Source of the DNA: Candidatus Sysuimicrobiota bacterium
Lineage (GTDB): Bacteria; Sysuimicrobiota; Sysuimicrobiia; Sysuimicrobiales; Sysuimicrobiaceae
Assembly (NCBI GenBank): GCA_040289515.1
Contig: PSLI01000001.1
Span: forward strand, 32,001-96,000
Direction: 5' to 3'
Length of the DNA: 64,000 bases
In this document: positions 27,409 to 35,541 of the stretch, in pieces
Numbering within the stretch: position 1 is the stretch's first letter
Layout of the letters: each line of letters starts with the position of its first letter
The notes under the pieces: generated by a model
What the model saw: the letters and a program-made list of their open reading frames with translations, nothing else
What the model was told of the DNA's origin: nothing
Database searches by the model: none
Program-made: the position numbers and the translations under genes

Positions 27409-29142
27409 GTGACCGCACCGGGGGCGGGTAGGGGAGCCGGCTCGGGTGTCTGGTTTTCGGCTCGGCAGGGCCTGCTACCCGCCTGCGGTGCCGCGCTGGC
27501 CGTGGCGTTGTCCCTGCCCGTCCTCACAGTGGCGGCCACCGTCCTCAGCCCCGCGCACGGAGAGTGGGTGGAGTTTGTGCGGTTGGTGCTCCCCCGCTAC
27601 GTGCAGAACACCGTGTGGCTGCTGGGAGGGGTTGGCGTGGGGACCCTGGTGGTGGGGGTCACCGCCGCGTGGGTGGTGACCGCCTACCGGTTCCCCGGCC
27701 GGCGGCTGGCCCAGGTCGTTTTGCTGCTGCCCCTGGCGGTACCCGCGTACCTCGTGGCGTACGCGTACGCGGACCTGCTGCAGTACTCGGGGCCGGTGCA
27801 GTCCGCCCTGCGGGCGTGGCTGGGGTTGGCCCGAGGCTACCCGTTCCCGGAGATTCGCTCCCTGGGCGGGGCGGTGTTCGTGCTCACCTTTGTCCTGTAC
27901 CCCTACGTGTATCTTCTGACGCGGGCCGCGCTCTTGGAGCAGTCGCCCCTCACGTGGGAGGTAAGCCGGACCCTCGGGTATGGGGCGTGGGGGACGTTCT
28001 TGCGGGTGGCCCTGCCCGTGGCCCGACCGGGAATCGCGGCCGGGCTCGGCCTCGTGGGGATGGAGGTGCTGGCGGACTTCGGCACGGTAAAGTACTTCGA
28101 GCTGGACACCTTCGCTACCGGGGTGTACCTGGTGTGGTTCAGCTACGGGTCCGTGGCGGGAGCTGCCCGGCTGGCAGCTTGGCTGGTGGGGTTCGTGCTG
28201 GCCGTGGTGGCGGTGGAGCGCCTGTCGCGGGGCCGCCGCAGGTACCACAGGCCTCCAGGCCCGCTCCGCGAGGCGCGCCCCATGCACCTTTCCGGCGTGC
28301 AGGCAGCGGTGGCGCTGGTCGCCTGCCTTCTGCCGCCCGCGGTGGGCTTTGGGATCCCGGGGACCTACCTCGCGTGGATGGCATGGGTGGGGGGGGACCC
28401 CCTGTGGAGTAGGGCTTTCCTGGAGCTGGCGGGCAACACCTTCGCTCTGGCCGCCGCCACCGCGGCCGTGGCAGTGCTCCTGGCGGCGGTGCTGGCGTAC
28501 GGCGTACGCCTTGCCCCCAGCCCCGTGATGCATCTGGCCGCTCGGGTGGTCTCCCTGGGTTACGCGGTGCCAGGTGTGGTGGTGGCCGTTGGGATCCTGG
28601 TGCCCTTCGGCTGGCTCGCAAATCTGCTGGACCCGTACCTGCGGCGTTTGGGCCTTTCGGGCGCGGCCCTCACCGGCTCCACCTTCACCCTGGTCTACGC
28701 CTACCTGGTCCGGTTCCTCGCCGCAGCCCTGAGCACCGTGGAGGCGGGCCTGAGCCGCATCGGCCCCACCCTGGAGGGTGCCGCCAGGACCCTGGGCCAC
28801 GGGCCCTCAAGCGTCCTGGTGCGGGTTCACGCCCCCCTCATGCGGGGGAGCGTGTTCACGGCAGCCCTGTTGGTGTTCGTGGACGCCCTCAAGGAGCTGC
28901 CGGCCACCCTGGTCCTCAGACCCCTCAACTTCGACACCCTGGCGGTTCGGGTGTACCAGCTGGCCAGTGACGAGCGCTTGATGCAGGCGTCCACCGCGGG
29001 GCTGTGCATCGTAGCCGTGGGGCTGTTGCCGGTTCTGCTGCTGGACCGGGCGGTGCACCGCTCCCGGGTTGAAGCCCCCGTCGAGATTTCGGGCGCCCAT
29101 CGGGCGGAGGTCCGATTGACCCCACCTGTGCGCTTCGCCTAG
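27409..29142 (+). CDS. fbpB: Fe(III) ABC transporter permease
   Basis: LPLAVPAYLVAY, LYPYVYL, ADFGTV and KELPATLVLRP; start position uncertain. Confidence 0.92.
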   Translation: MTAPGAGRGAGSGVWFSARQGLLPACGAALAVALSLPVLTVAATVLSPAHGEWVEFVRLVLPRYVQNTVWLLGGVGVGTLVVGVTAAWVVTAYRFPGRRLAQVVLLLPLAVPAYLVAYAYADLLQYSGPVQSALRAWLGLARGYPFPEIRSLGGAVFVLTFVLYPYVYLLTRAALLEQSPLTWEVSRTLGYGAWGTFLRVALPVARPGIAAGLGLVGMEVLADFGTVKYFELDTFATGVYLVWFSYGSVAGAARLAAWLVGFVLAVVAVERLSRGRRRYHRPPGPLREARPMHLSGVQAAVALVACLLPPAVGFGIPGTYLAWMAWVGGDPLWSRAFLELAGNTFALAAATAAVAVLLAAVLAYGVRLAPSPVMHLAARVVSLGYAVPGVVVAVGILVPFGWLANLLDPYLRRLGLSGAALTGSTFTLVYAYLVRFLAAALSTVEAGLSRIGPTLEGAARTLGHGPSSVLVRVHAPLMRGSVFTAALLVFVDALKELPATLVLRPLNFDTLAVRVYQLASDERLMQASTAGLCIVAVGLLPVLLLDRAVHRSRVEAPVEISGAHRAEVRLTPPVRFA

Positions 29143-29151
29143 CCTAACCCG

Positions 29152-30246
29152 ATGGAGGATCCCGTGGTGGTGCGGGCAGCACAGACAGAACGGGCTAGCG
29201 AGCCCCGGGTACGCCTGCTGGGGGTGTCGAAGCACTTCGGGAGCGTGCAGGCCCTCCGGCAGCTGACGCTGTCCGTGTACCCGGGGGAGATCCTGGTTCT
29301 GCTGGGTCCCAGCGGCTGCGGGAAGACCACAGCCCTGAGAATCGTGGCGGGGCTAGAGCAGCCGGACGAGGGGTGGGTGGAGCTAGCGGGCCGGGTGGTG
29401 GCGGGCCCGCGGTGGGTACCCCCGGAGGCCCGGGGGGTGGGCATGGTGTTTCAGGAGCCCTCCCTGTTCCCGCACCTGACCGTGCTGGAAAACGTGGCCT
29501 TCGGGCTGCGCAACGCCTCCCGCGCGGAGAGGCTGCGAAGGGCTTCCGAGGTGCTGGAGCGGGTGGGCGCCGGGGACCTGGCAAGTCGGTTCCCCCACGA
29601 GCTGTCCGGGGGCGAGCAGCAGCGGGTGGCCCTGGCCAGGGCCCTGGCCCCCAGGCCCTCCGTGGTGCTTCTGGACGAGCCCCTCAGTAGCCTCGACCCG
29701 GAGTTGCGGCGCCGCATGCGGGAGGAGCTGCGACGGCTCCTTAAAACGGAGGGCAGTACCGCTATCCTGGTCACCCATGACCAGGAGGAGGCGTTCGCGG
29801 TGGCGGACCGCATCGGGGTGCTGAGCCGCGGGCGGCTGTGGCAGGTGGGGCCGCCGGAGGAAATTTACCACGCTCCTGCCTGCCGGTTCGTGGCGGACTT
29901 CGTGGGCGAGGCGGAGTTTTTACCTGGACAGGTACAGCGGCACGTGGCGCGCACCGAGCTGGGGGAGTTCCCCTGCAACGGCTTGCCGGACGGCACCCCC
30001 GTGGAGGTGATGGTGCGGCCCGCGGACTTGAGCCTGAAACCGAGTCCGGACGGGCCCGCGGTGGTGGTGGGGCGCCGGTTCCTGGGACCGGACACGGTGT
30101 ACGAGGTACGGTTGGCTTCGGGACGCGTGGTACGGTGTCGTTTCACCGGGGACGCAGGCCTCAGGCCGGGAACCCGGGTGCAGGTGTGGGCCACCTCACC
30201 CCGCACCGTGGTATTTCCCGCAGAGGATCCCAGCCCTCCTGCGTGA
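29152..30246 (+). CDS. fbpC: Fe(III) ABC transporter ATP-binding protein
   Basis: GPSGCGKT, LSGGEQQRVALARA, LLDEP, VTHDQEEA and TOBE-like C-terminus. Confidence 0.93.
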   Translation: MEDPVVVRAAQTERASEPRVRLLGVSKHFGSVQALRQLTLSVYPGEILVLLGPSGCGKTTALRIVAGLEQPDEGWVELAGRVVAGPRWVPPEARGVGMVFQEPSLFPHLTVLENVAFGLRNASRAERLRRASEVLERVGAGDLASRFPHELSGGEQQRVALARALAPRPSVVLLDEPLSSLDPELRRRMREELRRLLKTEGSTAILVTHDQEEAFAVADRIGVLSRGRLWQVGPPEEIYHAPACRFVADFVGEAEFLPGQVQRHVARTELGEFPCNGLPDGTPVEVMVRPADLSLKPSPDGPAVVVGRRFLGPDTVYEVRLASGRVVRCRFTGDAGLRPGTRVQVWATSPRTVVFPAEDPSPPA

Positions 30247-30252
30247 TCGGCT

Positions 30253-32607
30253 TCAGGCCTCCTCGGTCACGAACACCACCCGCAGGATCTCCTCGATGGT
30301 GGTGATGCCCTCCAGCACCTTCCGGATTCCGTCCTCCCGCATGGTCCGGAAGCCCTCCTGTCGAGCCACCTCGCGGATCTCCGAGGCCGAGGCCCGCTGG
30401 ACCACCCGCTCCCGGATGCGATCGGTCACCCCCAACAGCTCGTACACCCCGGTGCGCCCCCTGTAGCCCGTCTGGCGGCAGGCATCGCAGCCCGCGCCCC
30501 GGTACAGCACCAGGTCCTGTTCGTCCGCCAGCTCCTCCGACAGCCTGCGGACCGCTTCGCGCGGTGGCCGGTACGCCTCCTTGCACTTGGGACAGATGGT
30601 GCGGCACAGTCGCTGGGCCAGCACCCCGATGACCGAGGAGGTGATGAGGAAGGGCTCGATGCCCATGTCCACCAGGCGCGTGAAGGCGCTGGGGGCGTCG
30701 TTGGTGTGCAGGGTGCTCAGCACCAGGTGACCCGTGAGAGCTGCCTGGACCGCGATCTCCGCGGTCTCCCGGTCCCGGATCTCCCCCACCATGATCACGT
30801 CGGGGTCCTGCCGGAGAATGGACCGCAGTCCGGTGGCGAAGGTGAGCCCCGCCTTGGGGTTCACCTGCACCTGGTTGATGCGGGGGAGCTGGTACTCCAC
30901 GGGGTCCTCCACCGTGATGATGTTCTTGTCCAGGGTGTTGATCTTGCTCAGGGTGGCGTACAGGGTGGTGGTCTTCCCGCTCCCCGTGGGGCCGGTCACC
31001 AGGATCATGCCGTAGGGCTTGCTGGATAGCTCCTCCCACCGCGCCTGCACGTCGCTGGCCATCCCTAGCCGGTTGAGGCGGATGAGGGCGTTGGACTGGT
31101 CCAGGATCCGCATCACGACCTTCTCCCCGAACAGGGTGGGGAGGGTGGACACCCGCAGGTCGATGTCCCGACCGTTCACCTTCAGGTGGATGCGGCCGTC
31201 CTGGGGCCGCCGCCGTTCCGCGATGTCCAGGTTGGCCACGATCTTAATGCGGGAGACCAGGGCCGCCTTGAGGTTCTTGGGCGGGGACATCACGTCGTGC
31301 AGCACCCCGTCGATCCGGTACCGGACGTGCAGGCCGTTCCGGTGGGGCTCGATGTGGATGTCGGAGGCCCCCTCCCGGATGGCTTGGTCCAGAATCACGT
31401 TGACCAGCTTCACCACAGGGGCCTCGTCCACCATCTCCCGGAGGCGGTCGATGCTGACCTCCTCCTCCGCTGCGGCCTCCTCCTCCGGGACCACCGCCTG
31501 CTCCAAGATCGACCCCACGTGGTAGTACCTGTTGATGGCCTGCATCAGCTCGTCTTCCGTTGTGATGCGGGCCTCCACGTCCATCCCGGTGACCAGGCGC
31601 ACGTCGTCCAGGGCCAGCAGGTTCAGGGGGTCCACCAGGGCCACCACCAGCCGATCCCCGTTGCGGGCGAAGGCCAGGACCTTGTGGCGGGCGGCGATGT
31701 GCTGGGGAACGAGCCGCACCACGTCCCGATCCACGGGGGTGCTGGACAGGCTCACGTACGGGCAACCCCACTGTACGCCGATGACCTTGGCCAGGTCCTC
31801 CTCGGTCAGGAGGCCCATGCGGACCAGGATGCGGCCCAGCCGCTCGCCCGTGCGGGCTTGCACCTCCAAAGCTTGCTGCAGCTGGAGCTCGTTCAGCAGC
31901 CCCATACGGACCAGGATGCCGCCCAACGCCTCCCGGCGGACCAAACCGGGGCCCGCCGGCCGGGCCGCAGCCTTGGGACCGGACGGGGGCGCGGGGGGAC
32001 CGGAGGCTGCAAAATCCGGCACGGGCAAGCTGGGCGGGGTGGGTTGCTCGGAGGCTTGTGAGGGCTGCATCTGGGGAGGTTCCTGGCCCGCGGGAGGTTC
32101 CTCCGTCGGCGCCGGCTCCGGGGCCGGTGCCCCCGGCAAGGGTGCTTCCGGGATACTGGCGGCTTCCGCGGGGGCGGTTTGCTGGTCCGGCTGACCCTCC
32201 GCCGCCAACTCGGGCTGGCTCCTGGTTGGCTGCACCGTGTGCCCGTTCACCCGGGCCTCAAGAGCGGCTGCACGGTCCAGAACGCTGGCCGCCTCCTGGC
32301 TCAACCCCAGCCGCTCGTACACCTCCCCCAGGGCCAGCAGGACCACCACGGCCTCCTTCAGGTAGCCCCCGCGCTGGTACAGGTCTGCCAGGTCCAGGTA
32401 GTGCACGGGCTCCTGCGGGGCCAGCTCGATGAGCTTCTTGTACTCCGCGATGGCCTCCTGCAGCCGGCCCGCGTGGGCACACCGCTGTGCTTCGTGGTAG
32501 CGCCACGCGCACTCCAGGGTCAGGTTGCCCGCGGGGATTCCCAGCGACGCCTTGCACTCCCGCAGCGCTGCCAGCTCCGCCTCGGCCTTGGTCGCTTGTG
32601 CCTTCAC
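30253..32607 (-). CDS. pilB: Type IV pilus assembly ATPase PilB/GspE with N-terminal TPR, Pro-rich linker and MshEN-like domain
   Basis: ASDIHIEP, ERRRPQDG, GPTGSGKTTT, TVEDPVEY, LRQDPD, HTNDA and tetra-Cys motif. Confidence 0.95.
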   Translation of the reverse strand: MKAQATKAEAELAALRECKASLGIPAGNLTLECAWRYHEAQRCAHAGRLQEAIAEYKKLIELAPQEPVHYLDLADLYQRGGYLKEAVVVLLALGEVYERLGLSQEAASVLDRAAALEARVNGHTVQPTRSQPELAAEGQPDQQTAPAEAASIPEAPLPGAPAPEPAPTEEPPAGQEPPQMQPSQASEQPTPPSLPVPDFAASGPPAPPSGPKAAARPAGPGLVRREALGGILVRMGLLNELQLQQALEVQARTGERLGRILVRMGLLTEEDLAKVIGVQWGCPYVSLSSTPVDRDVVRLVPQHIAARHKVLAFARNGDRLVVALVDPLNLLALDDVRLVTGMDVEARITTEDELMQAINRYYHVGSILEQAVVPEEEAAAEEEVSIDRLREMVDEAPVVKLVNVILDQAIREGASDIHIEPHRNGLHVRYRIDGVLHDVMSPPKNLKAALVSRIKIVANLDIAERRRPQDGRIHLKVNGRDIDLRVSTLPTLFGEKVVMRILDQSNALIRLNRLGMASDVQARWEELSSKPYGMILVTGPTGSGKTTTLYATLSKINTLDKNIITVEDPVEYQLPRINQVQVNPKAGLTFATGLRSILRQDPDVIMVGEIRDRETAEIAVQAALTGHLVLSTLHTNDAPSAFTRLVDMGIEPFLITSSVIGVLAQRLCRTICPKCKEAYRPPREAVRRLSEELADEQDLVLYRGAGCDACRQTGYRGRTGVYELLGVTDRIRERVVQRASASEIREVARQEGFRTMREDGIRKVLEGITTIEEILRVVFVTEEA

Positions 32608-32652
32608 GGTTTCCTCGCGGCCCCGCCTCCCGGGGCCTCGGTCCGTATGAAT

Positions 32653-32668
32653 AGCAGGTTCTGTGCCC
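32653..32668 (-). promoter_or_regulatory. Putative sigma54 (-24/-12) promoter for pilB
   Basis: Minus strand GGGCACAGAACCTGCT has GG-N10-GC and resembles TGGCAC-N5-TTGCT. Confidence 0.55.
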
Positions 32669-32745
32669 CTCCCCGCCGTCTTTCAGAACAGGCTTTACCG
32701 CAAGGTAGCACCGTACCCCGACCTTCCGCAAGCCCGGCCCATTTG

Positions 32746-32761
32746 TGGAACGAAACTTGCT
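32746..32761 (+). promoter_or_regulatory. Putative sigma54 (-24/-12) promoter for the dnaB-like-pilT-pilC operon
   Basis: TGGAACGAAACTTGCT, one mismatch to TGGCACG-N4-TTGCT, 45 nt before the ATG. Confidence 0.72.
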
Positions 32762-32806
32762 CCACCCCTCCCGGCAGGACTCTACTGGGGCAGGAGGGAA
32801 GTAGCG

Positions 32807-34369
32807 ATGCCCATGGACGCGCGGTACGAGCTGGACGTGGCCGTGCTCAGCGGGTTGGTGGCGGACCGCCACCTGGTTAGTTTGGCCCTCAACGAGGGGT
32901 TCGCGCCGGAGCTGCTCGATAGCCCCACCGCCCAGCGCCTCAGCAAGGTGCTCCTGGAGCTGGCCATGGCCCAGGCCGCGCCCCTAGACGAGGTGGCGGT
33001 GCGCCACGAGGTGCAGGAGCGGGGTCTGCTGAGCCCCGAGATGGAGCGGTTGCTGCAGGCGGTGCATCTTTGCCGGCCGCCAGCTGCGTCTCAGATGGTG
33101 GGGTACCTGGAGGTGCTCAAGGCCCGGGAGAGCCGGCGGCGGCTAGAGGCCGTCCAGAGGCGGATTCAGGATTTCCTGCGCCAGGGGGAGCGGACGGGAT
33201 CGCGGGACCTGGTGCGGTTCGTGGGTGAGCTTGTAGGGGAGCTGTTTGAGATCCAGAAGCGACGCCTGCGGCAGCGCCTGTTGCCTGCGGGGGACGTGCT
33301 GGCCGAGCTGCTGGAGAACGTGCAGAACCCCGCAACCGGGGGGTTTCTGGGCTACTCCATCTCCCCCTTTGACCGGCTGAACCGGGTGCTGTCGGGGCTG
33401 CGCCCGGGCTTCTACTACGGGCTGGCGGGCGCTCCGCGTCGGGGCAAGACGAACCTGACCCTGCAGATGGCCACCTATGTGGCCCGGAACCACCGCATCC
33501 CCGTCCTGTTCTACTCGTGGGAGCAGACCACCAAGGTGCTGGCCGCTCGCCTGCTGGCCATGGAGCTCCTCGTAAGCCCCGCGGACATCCTGGCAGGCAC
33601 GGTGGGCCGCGCCCGGGTGGACACAGGCCGGCTGCGGGCCGCGGAGGAAGAAGTGTACCGGTACGCACCCTACCTGTATCTGGTGGAGGCGGGCCGCAAG
33701 GATACCCTGGACCGCATCAAAGCACACGCCTACAACGTGATGCAGGAGCACGACACCAACCGGATCCTCATCTGCCTGGACTATCTGCAGAAGATCCCCC
33801 TGGAGGAGCCCGTGGCGGACGAAAAGGCCCGCACGGACCTCATCTCCTCCCAGCTGGCGGAGCTGAGTTTGGAGCTGCGGGCACCCATCCTGGCCATCTC
33901 GCCTTTGGACAAGGAGGGCTGCCGCCTGGACGAGCGCCCTGCGGAGGAGGATGGGCCCAGTGAGCTGTACGAGCGGCCCACCATGCACCACAGCGTGGGC
34001 TCCGGGGATCTGGAGTACGACCTGGACGTGGCCATGGTGCTGGTCAAGGACTGGAAGGCCACGCACGACCTGCGGGAGTACCTGGAGTCCAAGGCTCGGC
34101 AGGAGGGCACAGACCCCGAGGAACTGCCCAGGATCGACATCCTCAACCTGTTTATCGACAAGAACCGGGACGCCCCGGAGGTGGAGTCCAACATCGTGCA
34201 GTTTGCCTTCTTCATTCCCCTCAATAAGCTGGTGGAGCTGGGCTACAAGCACGAGAAGGAGTACCGCGGGGACTTCCGGGGCTTCTCCAAGGTGGTGGAG
34301 ATCTACACCCAGCTGAAGGAGGCGGGGTTGCTCCCGAGCGTCCGGGAGACCCTCGTGGCGAGCAACTGA
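32807..34369 (+). CDS. Divergent DnaB-like (SF4, RecA-fold) helicase
   Basis: AGGAGG RBS; DnaB-like N-terminal domain; Walker A GAPRRGKT, YSWEQ, Walker B LDYLQ, ISPL, SGDLEYDLDV and KNR arginine-finger motif. Confidence 0.88.
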   Translation: MPMDARYELDVAVLSGLVADRHLVSLALNEGFAPELLDSPTAQRLSKVLLELAMAQAAPLDEVAVRHEVQERGLLSPEMERLLQAVHLCRPPAASQMVGYLEVLKARESRRRLEAVQRRIQDFLRQGERTGSRDLVRFVGELVGELFEIQKRRLRQRLLPAGDVLAELLENVQNPATGGFLGYSISPFDRLNRVLSGLRPGFYYGLAGAPRRGKTNLTLQMATYVARNHRIPVLFYSWEQTTKVLAARLLAMELLVSPADILAGTVGRARVDTGRLRAAEEEVYRYAPYLYLVEAGRKDTLDRIKAHAYNVMQEHDTNRILICLDYLQKIPLEEPVADEKARTDLISSQLAELSLELRAPILAISPLDKEGCRLDERPAEEDGPSELYERPTMHHSVGSGDLEYDLDVAMVLVKDWKATHDLREYLESKARQEGTDPEELPRIDILNLFIDKNRDAPEVESNIVQFAFFIPLNKLVELGYKHEKEYRGDFRGFSKVVEIYTQLKEAGLLPSVRETLVASN

Positions 34370-34373
34370 GGGG

Positions 34374-35528
34374 GTGGCCGTGAACATCGAGCAGCTCCTG
34401 AAGGACGTGGTGGACCGCCAGGGCTCGGACCTGCACCTTACCGCTGGGGTCCCCCCCCTGATGCGGGTGTGGGGCCAGCTGGTGCCCATGACCGGCTACC
34501 CCGTCCTCACCCCCGAGGACACCTACCAGCTGGCCTACAGCATGCTGAACACCTTCCAAAAGCAGAAGTTTGAGAAGAACTGGGAACTGGACCTGTCCTA
34601 CGGGGTACCCGGGTTGGGCCGGTTCCGGGTGAACGTGTACCGGCAGCGGGGGGCGGTGGGGGTGGCCGTTCGGGTGATCCCCCACGAGATCCCCCGTCTG
34701 GAGGATCTGAACCTGCCCAGCGTGCTGACAGAACTTACCCGCAGGCCCCGGGGCCTGATCCTGGTCACGGGCCCCACAGGGCAGGGCAAGTCCACCACCC
34801 TGGCAGCCATGGTCAACCAGATCAACGAGGAGCGCAGCTGCCACATCGTCACCATCGAGGACCCCATTGAGTACCTGCACAGCCACAAGCGCAGCGTCGT
34901 GAACCAGCGGGAGCTGGGCGTTGATACCCAGTCCTTCCCGAACGCCCTGCGGGCGGCCCTCCGGGAGGACCCGGACGTGGTCCTGATCGGGGAGATGCGG
35001 GACCTGGAGACCATCGCGACCGCCCTCACCATCGCGGAGACCGGGCACCTGGTCTTCGCCACCCTGCACACCGCCAACGCCGCGCAGTCCGTTGACCGCA
35101 TCATCGATGTGTTCCCGCCGCACCAGCAGCAGCAGGTGCGGGTGCAGCTCAGCTCGGTGCTGGAGGCCGTGGTGAGCCAGATCCTGCTGCCCAACCAGCT
35201 GTTCCTGCGGCGGTTCGGCAACCAGGAGGGGTACGCTGTGGCGCGGCGCAGCGGCGGGGTAGACACCGTGCGGCGGAGCTGGCCCACCCTGGAGGAGATC
35301 GGCCGGGTGCCTGCGGTGGAGGTGATGATTGTCACCCCCGCCCTCCGCAACCTCATCCGGGAGGGGAAGACCCACCAGATCGAGTCCGCCATCCAGACCG
35401 GGGCGGAGTGGGGGATGCAGACCATGGACCAGTCCCTGCGGGATCTGTACCAGCGGGGGCTCATCTCCTACGAGGACGCCCTCGGGAACGCCATCCATCC
35501 CGAGGAGCTGCGCCGGATGATAGGCTGA
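34374..35528 (+). CDS. pilT: Type IV pilus retraction ATPase
   Basis: SDLHL, RFRVN, GPTGQGKSTT, TIEDPIEY, ALREDPD, ETGHLV, ALRNLIRE and GMQTMD. Confidence 0.96.
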   Translation: MAVNIEQLLKDVVDRQGSDLHLTAGVPPLMRVWGQLVPMTGYPVLTPEDTYQLAYSMLNTFQKQKFEKNWELDLSYGVPGLGRFRVNVYRQRGAVGVAVRVIPHEIPRLEDLNLPSVLTELTRRPRGLILVTGPTGQGKSTTLAAMVNQINEERSCHIVTIEDPIEYLHSHKRSVVNQRELGVDTQSFPNALRAALREDPDVVLIGEMRDLETIATALTIAETGHLVFATLHTANAAQSVDRIIDVFPPHQQQQVRVQLSSVLEAVVSQILLPNQLFLRRFGNQEGYAVARRSGGVDTVRRSWPTLEEIGRVPAVEVMIVTPALRNLIREGKTHQIESAIQTGAEWGMQTMDQSLRDLYQRGLISYEDALGNAIHPEELRRMIG

Positions 35529-35541
35529 AGGGAGGACGGAG

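Noticed and set aside
32669..32745. c-di-GMP-I riboswitch upstream of pilB
   Set aside because: A GAAA-containing segment exists on the minus strand, but the GCAAAC/GACGCAAAGC core is absent and the segment lies upstream of the predicted promoter.
32807..34369. DnaB-like gene as a phage or plasmid replication module, or as intein-containing
   Set aside because: No primase, integrase or att-like repeats are nearby, composition matches the flanks, and the inserts are short with no intein termini.
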